A stretch of DNA of 32,000 nt from Candidatus Saccharimonadota bacterium. GTDB lineage: Bacteria > Patescibacteriota > Gracilibacteria > UBA4473. The position numbers and the translations under genes are program-made. Shown here in pieces: positions 1 through 7,523 of this stretch. The notes under the pieces were generated by a model. It saw only the letters and a list, made by a program, of their open reading frames with translations. It was not told the origin of the DNA and did no database searches. The stretch's first letter is position 1, and each line of letters starts with the position of its first letter. The DNA is taken from NCBI GenBank assembly GCA_965228485.1, contig OZ245819.1:570001-602000 (forward strand). Direction: 5' to 3'.

Positions 1-438
1 ATCAAAATCTTCCCAATGTTTTTCTAGCATTTCATAAACATCATCTAGCGCTTCAAAGAATTTTTCTTCGTCAGTGATTTTCTCAATCTCGTTTAGCTTT
101 TTTGTCGCTTCTGTTTTTAGGGCTTGATCGTCGATCTCAGCGATATCGACTTTTAGGTCTTCGATGATAAGTGGTTTTTCTGTCGCAAAATCAAATTCTG
201 CATCTTCGTAATAATCATCGTCCTCATAGTTTTGAACTTGCTCATTAATGAGGTCTACCAATTTTGATTGGATATCGGCCTTTTGTGACTCGGTTTGTCC
301 ATTAAGAAATGGTAGGAAAAAAGCCCACACAGACTGAACCTCTGGATCTTCACTACTAAAGATTGGCATCGCCGAAGCGGTTCCCGCACTTAAAACGGTA
401 GCGGCTAAAAGTGTAAAAAGTGTTTGTTTGGTTTTCAT
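1..438 (-). CDS. secreted acidic hypothetical protein (N-terminal 146 aa; C-terminus lies beyond the window edge)
   Basis: Not in the ORF track because it runs off the window. A reverse-strand ATG at 436-438 opens a frame that stays open to base 1: MKTKQTLFTLLAATVLSAGTASAMPIFSSEDPEVQSVWAFFLPFLNGQ... It has a hydrophobic signal peptide with an ASA cleavage motif, followed by D/E-rich sequence. Confidence 0.6.
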   Translation of the reverse strand, partial: MKTKQTLFTLLAATVLSAGTASAMPIFSSEDPEVQSVWAFFLPFLNGQTESQKADIQSKLVDLINEQVQNYEDDDYYEDAEFDFATEKPLIIEDLKVDIAEIDDQALKTEATKKLNEIEKITDEEKFFEALDDVYEMLEKHWEDFD

Positions 439-523
439 GATGTAAAAAGTTAAAAAAATAAATCAAACTTGGCCAAAGCACTCACTTCTACGAAGCACGA
501 CAAAAAAGCGCCACAACTTTTTT

Positions 524-553
524 GTAAAAAAAAGACCAATCATTCCGATTGGC
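524..553 (-). terminator. intrinsic terminator downstream of the SLH/YHYH gene
   Basis: The minus strand reads GGCCAATCGGAATGATTGGTC followed by TTTTTTTT. This is an 8-bp stem (one G-U pair) with a 5-nt loop and a U-run, starting 10 nt after the stop codon at 564. Confidence 0.7.
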
Positions 554-563
554 CTTTGTATAA

Positions 564-2126
564 CTATCTTGGTGGTGCGGGCATAATCGATCTCAGATAG
601 CTTTCACTCACCCCAAGAGTTTGGGCTGCTGCTGTAAAATCTGGTGGCGGTGGTCCTAAAGCTCTCTGGAGTTGCTGAACCGTAACACCTAGCTTTTCAG
701 CCGCCTCACTTAAATCAGGTTCTCCTCCTGAACTTTGTCCACTTTGATTTCTTACTCCTGGCTGACCTCCCCCTGGCCCCCCTTGGGTAAAGCTGGAATC
801 AGAAGTCCCTTGAAGGCATCGTGGAATATATGGGAAATCATCGGTCAGGTAATATCGATATTCTCCGTTTACCCATTTTCCATTACATTCATCCAAATCT
901 CCTAAACCTTCTACATACTCAAAATCCTGAGTAAAAGTTCCATTATAAGTTCCTCCTGGACCATCTGGTCTAGTACCAGATTTAATTCGGTAACTTGGTT
1001 CATAGATACCGCTCTGTGAATAATACATTTTGTAGCCATCGGCCGCATACCCAACCAGTAAAGTATCCGTACTAGTTTGAGCAGCTAGTTTTTCTACGAG
1101 CCCTGTTGGAACGGCATGGTAGTGATAAGTTCCATCTGGCTGGACATGCGCATAACTCGAATCAAGACCAAGAGATGGAACCCCCGCTTGAATGGCTTCA
1201 TATTTCCAATCAGTATTCTGATAACGTTCAGCCGTTTCTGGTTCAAATTTCACCCCATTGACCGCCACCCCAGGCAATCGTGCCCAAGTAGCACTTCCAT
1301 CATGACTTGGATTTAGCGTCATTCGAAATTCTACCTCTTGTTCACTGATAGCATTGGGGTTTGCTCGATTTGGAAAGGTTCCCGTTGCATGGTTAGCCAG
1401 TCCGTTTCCTTTCACGTATCGATAGCGATCATCGGTTGTGATTTCAACCCAAGCATCTTCATAGGTTTCATAGATTTTTTCTGGTTGTCCCTCTTGAATC
1501 GCCTGAGCGGCAAGTAATGTCGCTCGGTTATGAAAAGATTGATTGGTGATGTTTTCTTTAAGACGGTAGATCATTTCAGCCATTTGTCCTCGAGTCAATT
1601 CTCCGTCTACGGAAGTAATGGTTCTTGGAATCACTCGTCGATCCCCAAGATTATCCAAATACGGATAATACCAAACACTCGCTCCGTCCGAATCAACTTC
1701 ATGAGTAAAAGCTTCCGAAATAATCTTTGCCCCTTCTGTAACCTTTACTGAATTTCCAGGCCCAAAACGCCCATCCGGATATCCCTCAACAATCCCTAAA
1801 CAAGAAGCTACTTGGAGGTAGCCACCGTACCAAGCACTCCAATCAACATCGCTGTAATCATAATATTTTTGGCAAGATGGACTCTCTGGGTATTCAGCTT
1901 CTTGGAGTATCTTTAAAAGCTCCACTCTATTGACGCTCGCATCAGGTCGAAAAGTACCGTCAGGGTAACCACTAACAATACCTTCTGATTTTACATAAGC
2001 GATGGCTTCATGATGAGGATGACTCGATGACACATCCGCAAAGTTCGCATTTTGGGCCATAGACAAGGTGGTCCATGCGACGATAATGCCTAAGCCAAGA
2101 AACGAGATAAAATTTTTCATTGTCAA
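564..2126 (-). CDS. secreted SLH-repeat / YHYH-domain protein
   Basis: 520-aa ORF. Signal peptide MTMKNFISFLGLGIIVAWTTLSMA. S-layer-homology-like repeats (FADV...GIVSGYPDGTFRP; YSDV...GIVEGYPDGRFGP). Central YHYH signature HVQPDGTYHYHAVP. Gly/Pro-rich C-terminal tail. Confidence 0.8.
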   Translation of the reverse strand: MTMKNFISFLGLGIIVAWTTLSMAQNANFADVSSSHPHHEAIAYVKSEGIVSGYPDGTFRPDASVNRVELLKILQEAEYPESPSCQKYYDYSDVDWSAWYGGYLQVASCLGIVEGYPDGRFGPGNSVKVTEGAKIISEAFTHEVDSDGASVWYYPYLDNLGDRRVIPRTITSVDGELTRGQMAEMIYRLKENITNQSFHNRATLLAAQAIQEGQPEKIYETYEDAWVEITTDDRYRYVKGNGLANHATGTFPNRANPNAISEQEVEFRMTLNPSHDGSATWARLPGVAVNGVKFEPETAERYQNTDWKYEAIQAGVPSLGLDSSYAHVQPDGTYHYHAVPTGLVEKLAAQTSTDTLLVGYAADGYKMYYSQSGIYEPSYRIKSGTRPDGPGGTYNGTFTQDFEYVEGLGDLDECNGKWVNGEYRYYLTDDFPYIPRCLQGTSDSSFTQGGPGGGQPGVRNQSGQSSGGEPDLSEAAEKLGVTVQQLQRALGPPPPDFTAAAQTLGVSESYLRSIMPAPPR

Positions 2127-2175
2127 AAAGTATAAGTGTGCATCTCATCTTACGCTAATAAAAAAATATTCTTTC

Positions 2176-2213
2176 AAAAAAGAAAAAAGTTCAGCAGTGA
2201 GGGGTAACTGAAC
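2176..2213 (-). terminator. intrinsic terminator of the helicase/DUF4105 unit
   Basis: The minus strand reads GTTCAG-(13-nt loop)-CTGAAC followed by TTTTTTCTTTTTT. Confidence 0.55.
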
Positions 2214-2396
2214 TTAAGCGCTTATATTCCTAACACGTGTATTTTGGGTTGAGCTTGAGCAATGAGTAGAGCTCAAGCAAACCGTGGCACCACTATCAAT
2301 CCTGCAATGAGCAAGAAGTTAATAGTTGCAATCAATCGTACTGCTAGTGCCATCACTTATTAGTACGCACGATTTTTTATTTTGTTACAAAAAGGA

Positions 2397-3191
2397 CTAT
2401 TTATTTTGTGGTCTCAAGGTTTTTATAAACTTTACATATCCAAGTTCTTCAAGATATTCTCCAGATTTTCCCGTCAGAATAAATGAAATATCCCAGGGAA
2501 TTTTACCTGGATATAGGTCATTGATGTACTGTGCTAAAGCATTGGTACAATTCTGTGTAAGCGTATTATAAAATTGTGGTTCAGCTTGAAGTTTTTGTGA
2601 TGGAATAAGAAAAGATTTTAGCACTCCCACTTTATCTTTTTGAGAAAGAATCATTTCATACTCATCCATCTGATCCCCCCAATAAATTGTTCGTTTAGTA
2701 ATAATATCTTCTGCTGTCGCCCAGATATTCATTACCTCATATTGGTTGAATATTCCTTCTAGTGTTGAATACGGAACGTCTTTTTCTCTTCTCGCTTCAA
2801 TAGAAATAGCCAGATTTTTTTTATCTCCATATTTTTCCTTAAATTCAAAAACCACAAAGGTATGAGCGGTTAAATTTTTTTTATCCAGAGGTACCACATA
2901 AAATTTAAGTCCTTCTAAATCGTCATAAGCATAAGATTCATCAAAATAATCCTCTGAGACAACTACTTCAGGGGCATAGCTCCAATTTCGAGCATTACGC
3001 AGATCAAAACCTTCACCATCATCCCAAAATGAAATTTCGGAAACAATTAATTGATCTGGTGCCCAATCACGATTTTGTTGAGGCATCTTAAAACCAAAAA
3101 TCCAGACAAGAAAAGCTACAGGTAGAAATACCCCAAAGAAAGCAATCCAGCCACGATGTTTTTGAAATAATTTTTTCATGCCACTAAACAA
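2397..3191 (-). CDS. DUF4105-like (Lnb N-terminal periplasmic domain-like) membrane-anchored protein
   Basis: 264-aa ORF with an N-terminal TM helix (WIAFFGVFLPVAFLVWIFGF). Family-like motifs: TAHTFVVFEF, AISIEARREK, LTQNCTNAL. Its start overlaps the upstream helicase stop by 8 nt. The family assignment is from memory of motifs only. Confidence 0.5.
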   Translation of the reverse strand: MFSGMKKLFQKHRGWIAFFGVFLPVAFLVWIFGFKMPQQNRDWAPDQLIVSEISFWDDGEGFDLRNARNWSYAPEVVVSEDYFDESYAYDDLEGLKFYVVPLDKKNLTAHTFVVFEFKEKYGDKKNLAISIEARREKDVPYSTLEGIFNQYEVMNIWATAEDIITKRTIYWGDQMDEYEMILSQKDKVGVLKSFLIPSQKLQAEPQFYNTLTQNCTNALAQYINDLYPGKIPWDISFILTGKSGEYLEELGYVKFIKTLRPQNK

Positions 3192-4908
3192 AAAGTCTCG
3201 CTAACCGAATTTCATCATACTCATATTGCCCCTTAAGTTCACGATGAATTAATCCCAACTTCAATTGCCCATTTTTATCAAAATCATCTTTAATCGAGTT
3301 GAGTTGTAACTTGGCAATAGCCTCACTTACTTCTGAAATCATAGCCTCACCTGGACGGACTGAACCTAAATCCAAAAATCCTGGATCTTCTTGGGTGAGC
3401 TTTTCTAGATGTGTGATAATGGTGGACTGAGATAAATCTCTTTCTTCAGTAATTTCTTCAAGGGTTTTTCCTTCCTCCAATAAACGACGAGTCTCCTGTG
3501 TAGTGGATTTTTTTGGAGGCTTCACTTCTAATTTCTCTGGTGGTTTATTCCGATTGAATTCGATCATTTCCCAATCTGTTGTTCCACCACATTTATTTAT
3601 AAATTGATCAAAAATATTGTTCAAATCTTTGTTTTTTATTTCGAGAACCTCTCCTTCGTATTCTTCCGACAGTTCCTGCAAACGAATATCAGCCTTCATC
3701 ACGAGTGGATCCATAGCAAATGTATTCTGATTTGCCCCTTTTAGGATTAATCCTTCCCAATTTTTTACCCGAGACAATGCCACATAACCTTGTCCTGGTT
3801 CAAAGGTTTTGGATAAATCCATAAGGGCCCTGTCGAGCGTCATTCCCTGTGATTTATGAACGGTAATCGCCCAAGCCAGTCGTAGTGGTACTTGAGTGAG
3901 TATCGCTACAGGTTTGTTTTGTTCGTCTACCACCTGCCAATCGGTTGGCTTTGCTACCAAATCTCTATCATCCAAGGTCGTCACAATCGGCCAACCATCA
4001 GAGTCAAAATCAGTGATTGTTCCCATCGTTCCATTCATATATCCCAATTCATGATTATTTTTTACAAACATGACCTGAGCCCCAATTTTTAGCTTCAGGC
4101 AGTCTGGCGCAAGCACAGATTTCCTGAGACTATCAACCAGGTTTGCATTTCCTTCTGCTGAAGCATAAAAATATTCTATTTGTCCTTCTATCTGAGAGAG
4201 TGATTCTTCATTCACCAAATCAACATCCGCATTGTGAGTAAAAAGCTGAATTAATCCTTCTCCCTCTTTTTCTTGGGAATCTTCTAACTTCTCCCAGAGT
4301 AAATTCTGAGAACTATCGCTGACTTCTCCCGATCGAATGTCATTGAGAACATTTATAAGTTTGTCATCTCCCGATCGAAACTGTTCGGTAAGATAACAGA
4401 TTCTTAAATTGAGCTCTATCCAGACAGGGGCCATAAAAGCGAGTCTTTTCCAGCTTGGAATTCGTTCTTTTGAAACTGGAGGTAATTGAAAAAAGTCTCC
4501 AGAAAAAATCACCTGAATACCACCAAAAGGTTGCTGATTAATCTTAATATATCGAAGAATTTGATCAATACAGTGAAGATTCTGAGCCGACAACATCGAA
4601 ACTTCATCAATAATCAAAACTTGAGTTTTCTCGATTTTTTCTCGAAGGGGTTTCTTTTTGGCAATTCTCTCAAGATCTTTTTCTTCCATTATCTCTCTTA
4701 TCCCCATTCCCGACCAAGAATGAATCGTCTGTCCATTAATATGCGTTGCCGCAATCCCAGTACTCGCAGTGATAGCCACATTCACCCCTCGTTCTCGAAG
4801 GTATTCTATATACTGATTAATCACGTATGTTTTCCCTGTCCCCGCTGACCCCGTCAAAAAAACATTTTGACCTGATTTAAGAACTTTAAGCGCGGTAGAC
4901 TGAAGCAT
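3184..4908 (-). CDS. Pif1/RecD-family SF1B DNA helicase with C-terminal HTH-like domain
   Basis: 574-aa ORF. Walker A GSAGTGKT, Walker B LIIDEVSML, FGGIQVIFSGDFFQLPPV, motif ITVHKSQGMT, YVALSRV. C-terminal TLEEITEERDLSQSTIITHLEKL resembles the HTH tail of bacterial Pif1-like helicases. Confidence 0.85.
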   Translation of the reverse strand: MLQSTALKVLKSGQNVFLTGSAGTGKTYVINQYIEYLRERGVNVAITASTGIAATHINGQTIHSWSGMGIREIMEEKDLERIAKKKPLREKIEKTQVLIIDEVSMLSAQNLHCIDQILRYIKINQQPFGGIQVIFSGDFFQLPPVSKERIPSWKRLAFMAPVWIELNLRICYLTEQFRSGDDKLINVLNDIRSGEVSDSSQNLLWEKLEDSQEKEGEGLIQLFTHNADVDLVNEESLSQIEGQIEYFYASAEGNANLVDSLRKSVLAPDCLKLKIGAQVMFVKNNHELGYMNGTMGTITDFDSDGWPIVTTLDDRDLVAKPTDWQVVDEQNKPVAILTQVPLRLAWAITVHKSQGMTLDRALMDLSKTFEPGQGYVALSRVKNWEGLILKGANQNTFAMDPLVMKADIRLQELSEEYEGEVLEIKNKDLNNIFDQFINKCGGTTDWEMIEFNRNKPPEKLEVKPPKKSTTQETRRLLEEGKTLEEITEERDLSQSTIITHLEKLTQEDPGFLDLGSVRPGEAMISEVSEAIAKLQLNSIKDDFDKNGQLKLGLIHRELKGQYEYDEIRLARLFV

Positions 4909-5134
4909 GGGATAGAATTATCTAAAAATAAATCCTATCTATCAAGCTCAAAAATTCTATTACCTGTTGCCTTACGAAAAATTATGTGAAAAAGTTTCAT
5001 GAGTGATTGCAAAATTTACAAGTGTTTAAGCCAAAAGCGAGTTTTGTAAATTTAGAGAACGAGTGAATTCTCTTTTTCTAATTTTAAGTTCAGCAACAAA
5101 GCTTTTTCGCTCTTTAAAGAAAAAGAGCTAAATC

Positions 5135-6781
5135 TTAAACCACACATACTTTTTCGTTCAATTCACGCGTAAGAACTGCTTCATGTTCACTATCATCCAC
5201 CGGAAGATCAATGATGTGAACCCCTCCAGCTTCAAATGCTTTTTCTAGTGTCGGAACAAAATCGTTGGTAGCTTCTACTCGATGTCCTACCGCTCCATAA
5301 CTTTCTGCGTATTTTACGAAATCTGGATTATTAAAGTCCAAACCATAGTCTTCAAAATTTTCATTCCCCTGTTTCCACCGAATCATCCCGTATTTTGAAT
5401 TATTAAGAATCACCACTACAAGGTCCTGCTTTAGACGAACGGCCGTTTCCAAATCTTGAGAATTCATCATAAATCCTCCATCACCACAAACCGCCAAAAC
5501 TTTCTGCTCTGGATAAACTATTTTTGCCGCCACAGCATTTGGAAGCCCTGCCCCCATCGTCGCGAGGGCATTGTCCAGTAGCAGCGTGTTTGGGCTATAA
5601 GCTCGGTAATTTCGGGCAAACCACAGTTTATACATTCCATTATCTAAACTGACGATATCTTTTTCTCCCATCACTTTTCTGATATCGGCTACGTAACGCT
5701 GTGGTTTAACCGGAAACGAAATATCATCAGCCTTTTCTTGTACTTTTTCCTGAACAACATCTCTCACCTTATGAGCATAAGAAAAATCCCAGTGATCCGC
5801 TTTTTCAGCTTCAAATTTTTCAGCAAATTGCCAGAGGGCATTTGCCACATCTCCAACCACTTCTAATTGGGGAAAATACACTTCATCTACTTCCGCTGGA
5901 GAAAAGTTAACGTGAATCACCTTCGCCCCCCCTGGTTTCATAAAAAATGGCGGTTTCTCAATTACATCATGTCCAACATTGATAATTAAGTCCGCTTTAT
6001 CCACGGCACAGTGTACATAATCACCACTCGAAAGCGCCGCTGTTCCGATGTATCCATTGAACTCTTTGGGCACAATCCCTTTAGCCATTTGAGTATTAAA
6101 AAATGGAATGCCCGTTTTCTCCATAAAATGTAGAAGCATTTTTGAAATCTGTACTCGATTCGCTCCAGCTCCAACCAGCAGTAATGGATTTTTTGCTTCG
6201 TACATCATTTCCAACGCCCAATCTATGGCTTTCTCATTGGCGTCTGGACGACGTACTTTTCGTACTGGAATTGGAAGATTTGTAGTTGATTCTGCCGCGA
6301 TATCTTCTGGAAGTTCAATGTGAACCGCCCCAGGTTTTTCCTGCATAGAAATTTTGAAAGCTTCTCGAATAACCGCTGGAATGCGATCTCCATGAGTTAT
6401 TTGTTTGGTAAACTTTGTGATCGGTTTCATCATATCTACAGTATCGATAATCTGGAATCGCCCTTGTTTACTTTTGTTAATAGGTTTCTGTCCGGTAATC
6501 ATCAACATTGGCATTCCTCCAAGTTGAGCGAAGGCTGCTGCTGTTACAAAGTTTGTAGCTCCAGGCCCAAGAGTTGAAAGACAAACTCCTGGTTTTCCCG
6601 TCAAACGTCCAAAAGTCGCTGCCATAAATCCTGCGGCTTGTTCGTGGCGTGTAACGATCAGTTTGATAGTCGAGGTTCTCAGTGACTCCAAGAAATCCAA
6701 ATTCTCTTCTCCTGGTACTCCAAAAATATATTCTACTCCTTCATTTTCTAAACATTTTACTAATAAATCAGAAGCCTTCAT
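5135..6781 (-). CDS. alsS: thiamine-diphosphate-dependent acetolactate synthase, catabolic AlsS-like
   Basis: 548-aa ORF. N-terminal TPP-pyrimidine domain (GVEYIFGVPGEENL, RHEQAAGFMAATFGRLTGKPGVCLSTLGPGATN). C-terminal TPP-binding motif (GDGGFMMNSQDLETAVRLK...VVILNN). The end (FVKYAESYGAVGHRVE...IIDLPVDDSEH) is collinear with Bacillus AlsS. Confidence 0.8.
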   Translation of the reverse strand: MKASDLLVKCLENEGVEYIFGVPGEENLDFLESLRTSTIKLIVTRHEQAAGFMAATFGRLTGKPGVCLSTLGPGATNFVTAAAFAQLGGMPMLMITGQKPINKSKQGRFQIIDTVDMMKPITKFTKQITHGDRIPAVIREAFKISMQEKPGAVHIELPEDIAAESTTNLPIPVRKVRRPDANEKAIDWALEMMYEAKNPLLLVGAGANRVQISKMLLHFMEKTGIPFFNTQMAKGIVPKEFNGYIGTAALSSGDYVHCAVDKADLIINVGHDVIEKPPFFMKPGGAKVIHVNFSPAEVDEVYFPQLEVVGDVANALWQFAEKFEAEKADHWDFSYAHKVRDVVQEKVQEKADDISFPVKPQRYVADIRKVMGEKDIVSLDNGMYKLWFARNYRAYSPNTLLLDNALATMGAGLPNAVAAKIVYPEQKVLAVCGDGGFMMNSQDLETAVRLKQDLVVVILNNSKYGMIRWKQGNENFEDYGLDFNNPDFVKYAESYGAVGHRVEATNDFVPTLEKAFEAGGVHIIDLPVDDSEHEAVLTRELNEKVCVV

Positions 6782-6988
6782 AAAACTAAAATTAATTGCT
6801 AAAAATTATCCTAAAAAAAATTGAAACAAACACAACAAATTGCTGTCGCCAAAACGACCAAAAAAGGCTTTACATTAACCAATACTATCGTAGCATGAAC
6901 ATGCGTAACGGAAGGGAGTAGAGCTTTGGGGAAATACTGGAGTCTGAAACTTGCTGTGAGCGACCATGTATTTCCTAATTTTATAATC

Positions 6989-7246
6989 ATGGCCAAAAAA
7001 CTATTTGTCGGAAACCTTAGTTGGAATGTCCGAACAGAAGGACTTCGGGAAGCTTTTGAAGCTTTCGGTGAAGTAACAGACGCAATCGTAATGATGGAAC
7101 GAGACAATCCAAATCGTTCTAGAGGGTTTGGTTTCGTAGAATTTGCTAACGACGAAGATGCAGATCGAGCAATTCAAGAGATGAACGAAACAGAACTAGA
7201 CGGACGAAGAATCATGGTAAACGAAGCTCGTCCACGAGAAGACTAA
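6989..7246 (+). CDS. RRM-type RNA-binding protein
   Basis: The track ORF starts at 6926, but the likely start is the ATG at 6989 (MAKKLFVGNLSW...). RNP2 LFVGNL and RNP1 RGFGFVEF are both present, in a single roughly 85-aa RRM domain. Confidence 0.9.
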   Translation: MAKKLFVGNLSWNVRTEGLREAFEAFGEVTDAIVMMERDNPNRSRGFGFVEFANDEDADRAIQEMNETELDGRRIMVNEARPRED

Positions 7247-7260
7247 AACATGAAATTTAA

Positions 7261-7288
7261 AAAAACCGCCTCACGGCGGTTTTTTTTA
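7261..7288. terminator. bidirectional intrinsic terminator
   Basis: AAAAAACCGCCTCACGGCGGTTTTTTTT: a GC stem CCGCC/GGCGG flanked by an A-run and a T-run. It sits between the convergent RRM gene (+) and the 78-aa ORF (-). Confidence 0.85.
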
Positions 7289-7522
7289 TTCTGCTGGTGT
7301 TTGTAAATCCTTATAAAATTCAAACTGTATTGATTCACGCTGGGTATAAACGCGCTGAACAACCAGCTTCATTTCTTCGTGATCATTTTTTAATCGGTTG
7401 AAAAGTTCTTCGATCTCGTCATCACTAAGTTTTGGTAATAAATTTAGTACTACCTGCTGTTCATCACTATTAAGTGAAGAACTTTTAAGATAAAACGCAA
7501 ACTGAGCTGGGTTAATTTTCAT
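7286..7522 (-). CDS. hypothetical 78-aa acidic helical protein
   Basis: The ORF starts 1 nt after the stop of the upstream 787-aa ORF, suggesting translational coupling or an operon. I recognise no motif. Confidence 0.55.
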   Translation of the reverse strand: MKINPAQFAFYLKSSSLNSDEQQVVLNLLPKLSDDEIEELFNRLKNDHEEMKLVVQRVYTQRESIQFEFYKDLQTPAE

Positions 7523-7523
7523 T

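Noticed and set aside
6811-7107. A 98-aa minus-strand ORF opposite the RRM gene.
   Set aside because: It is antisense to a CDS with unmistakable RNP1 and RNP2 motifs, and its own translation has no features.
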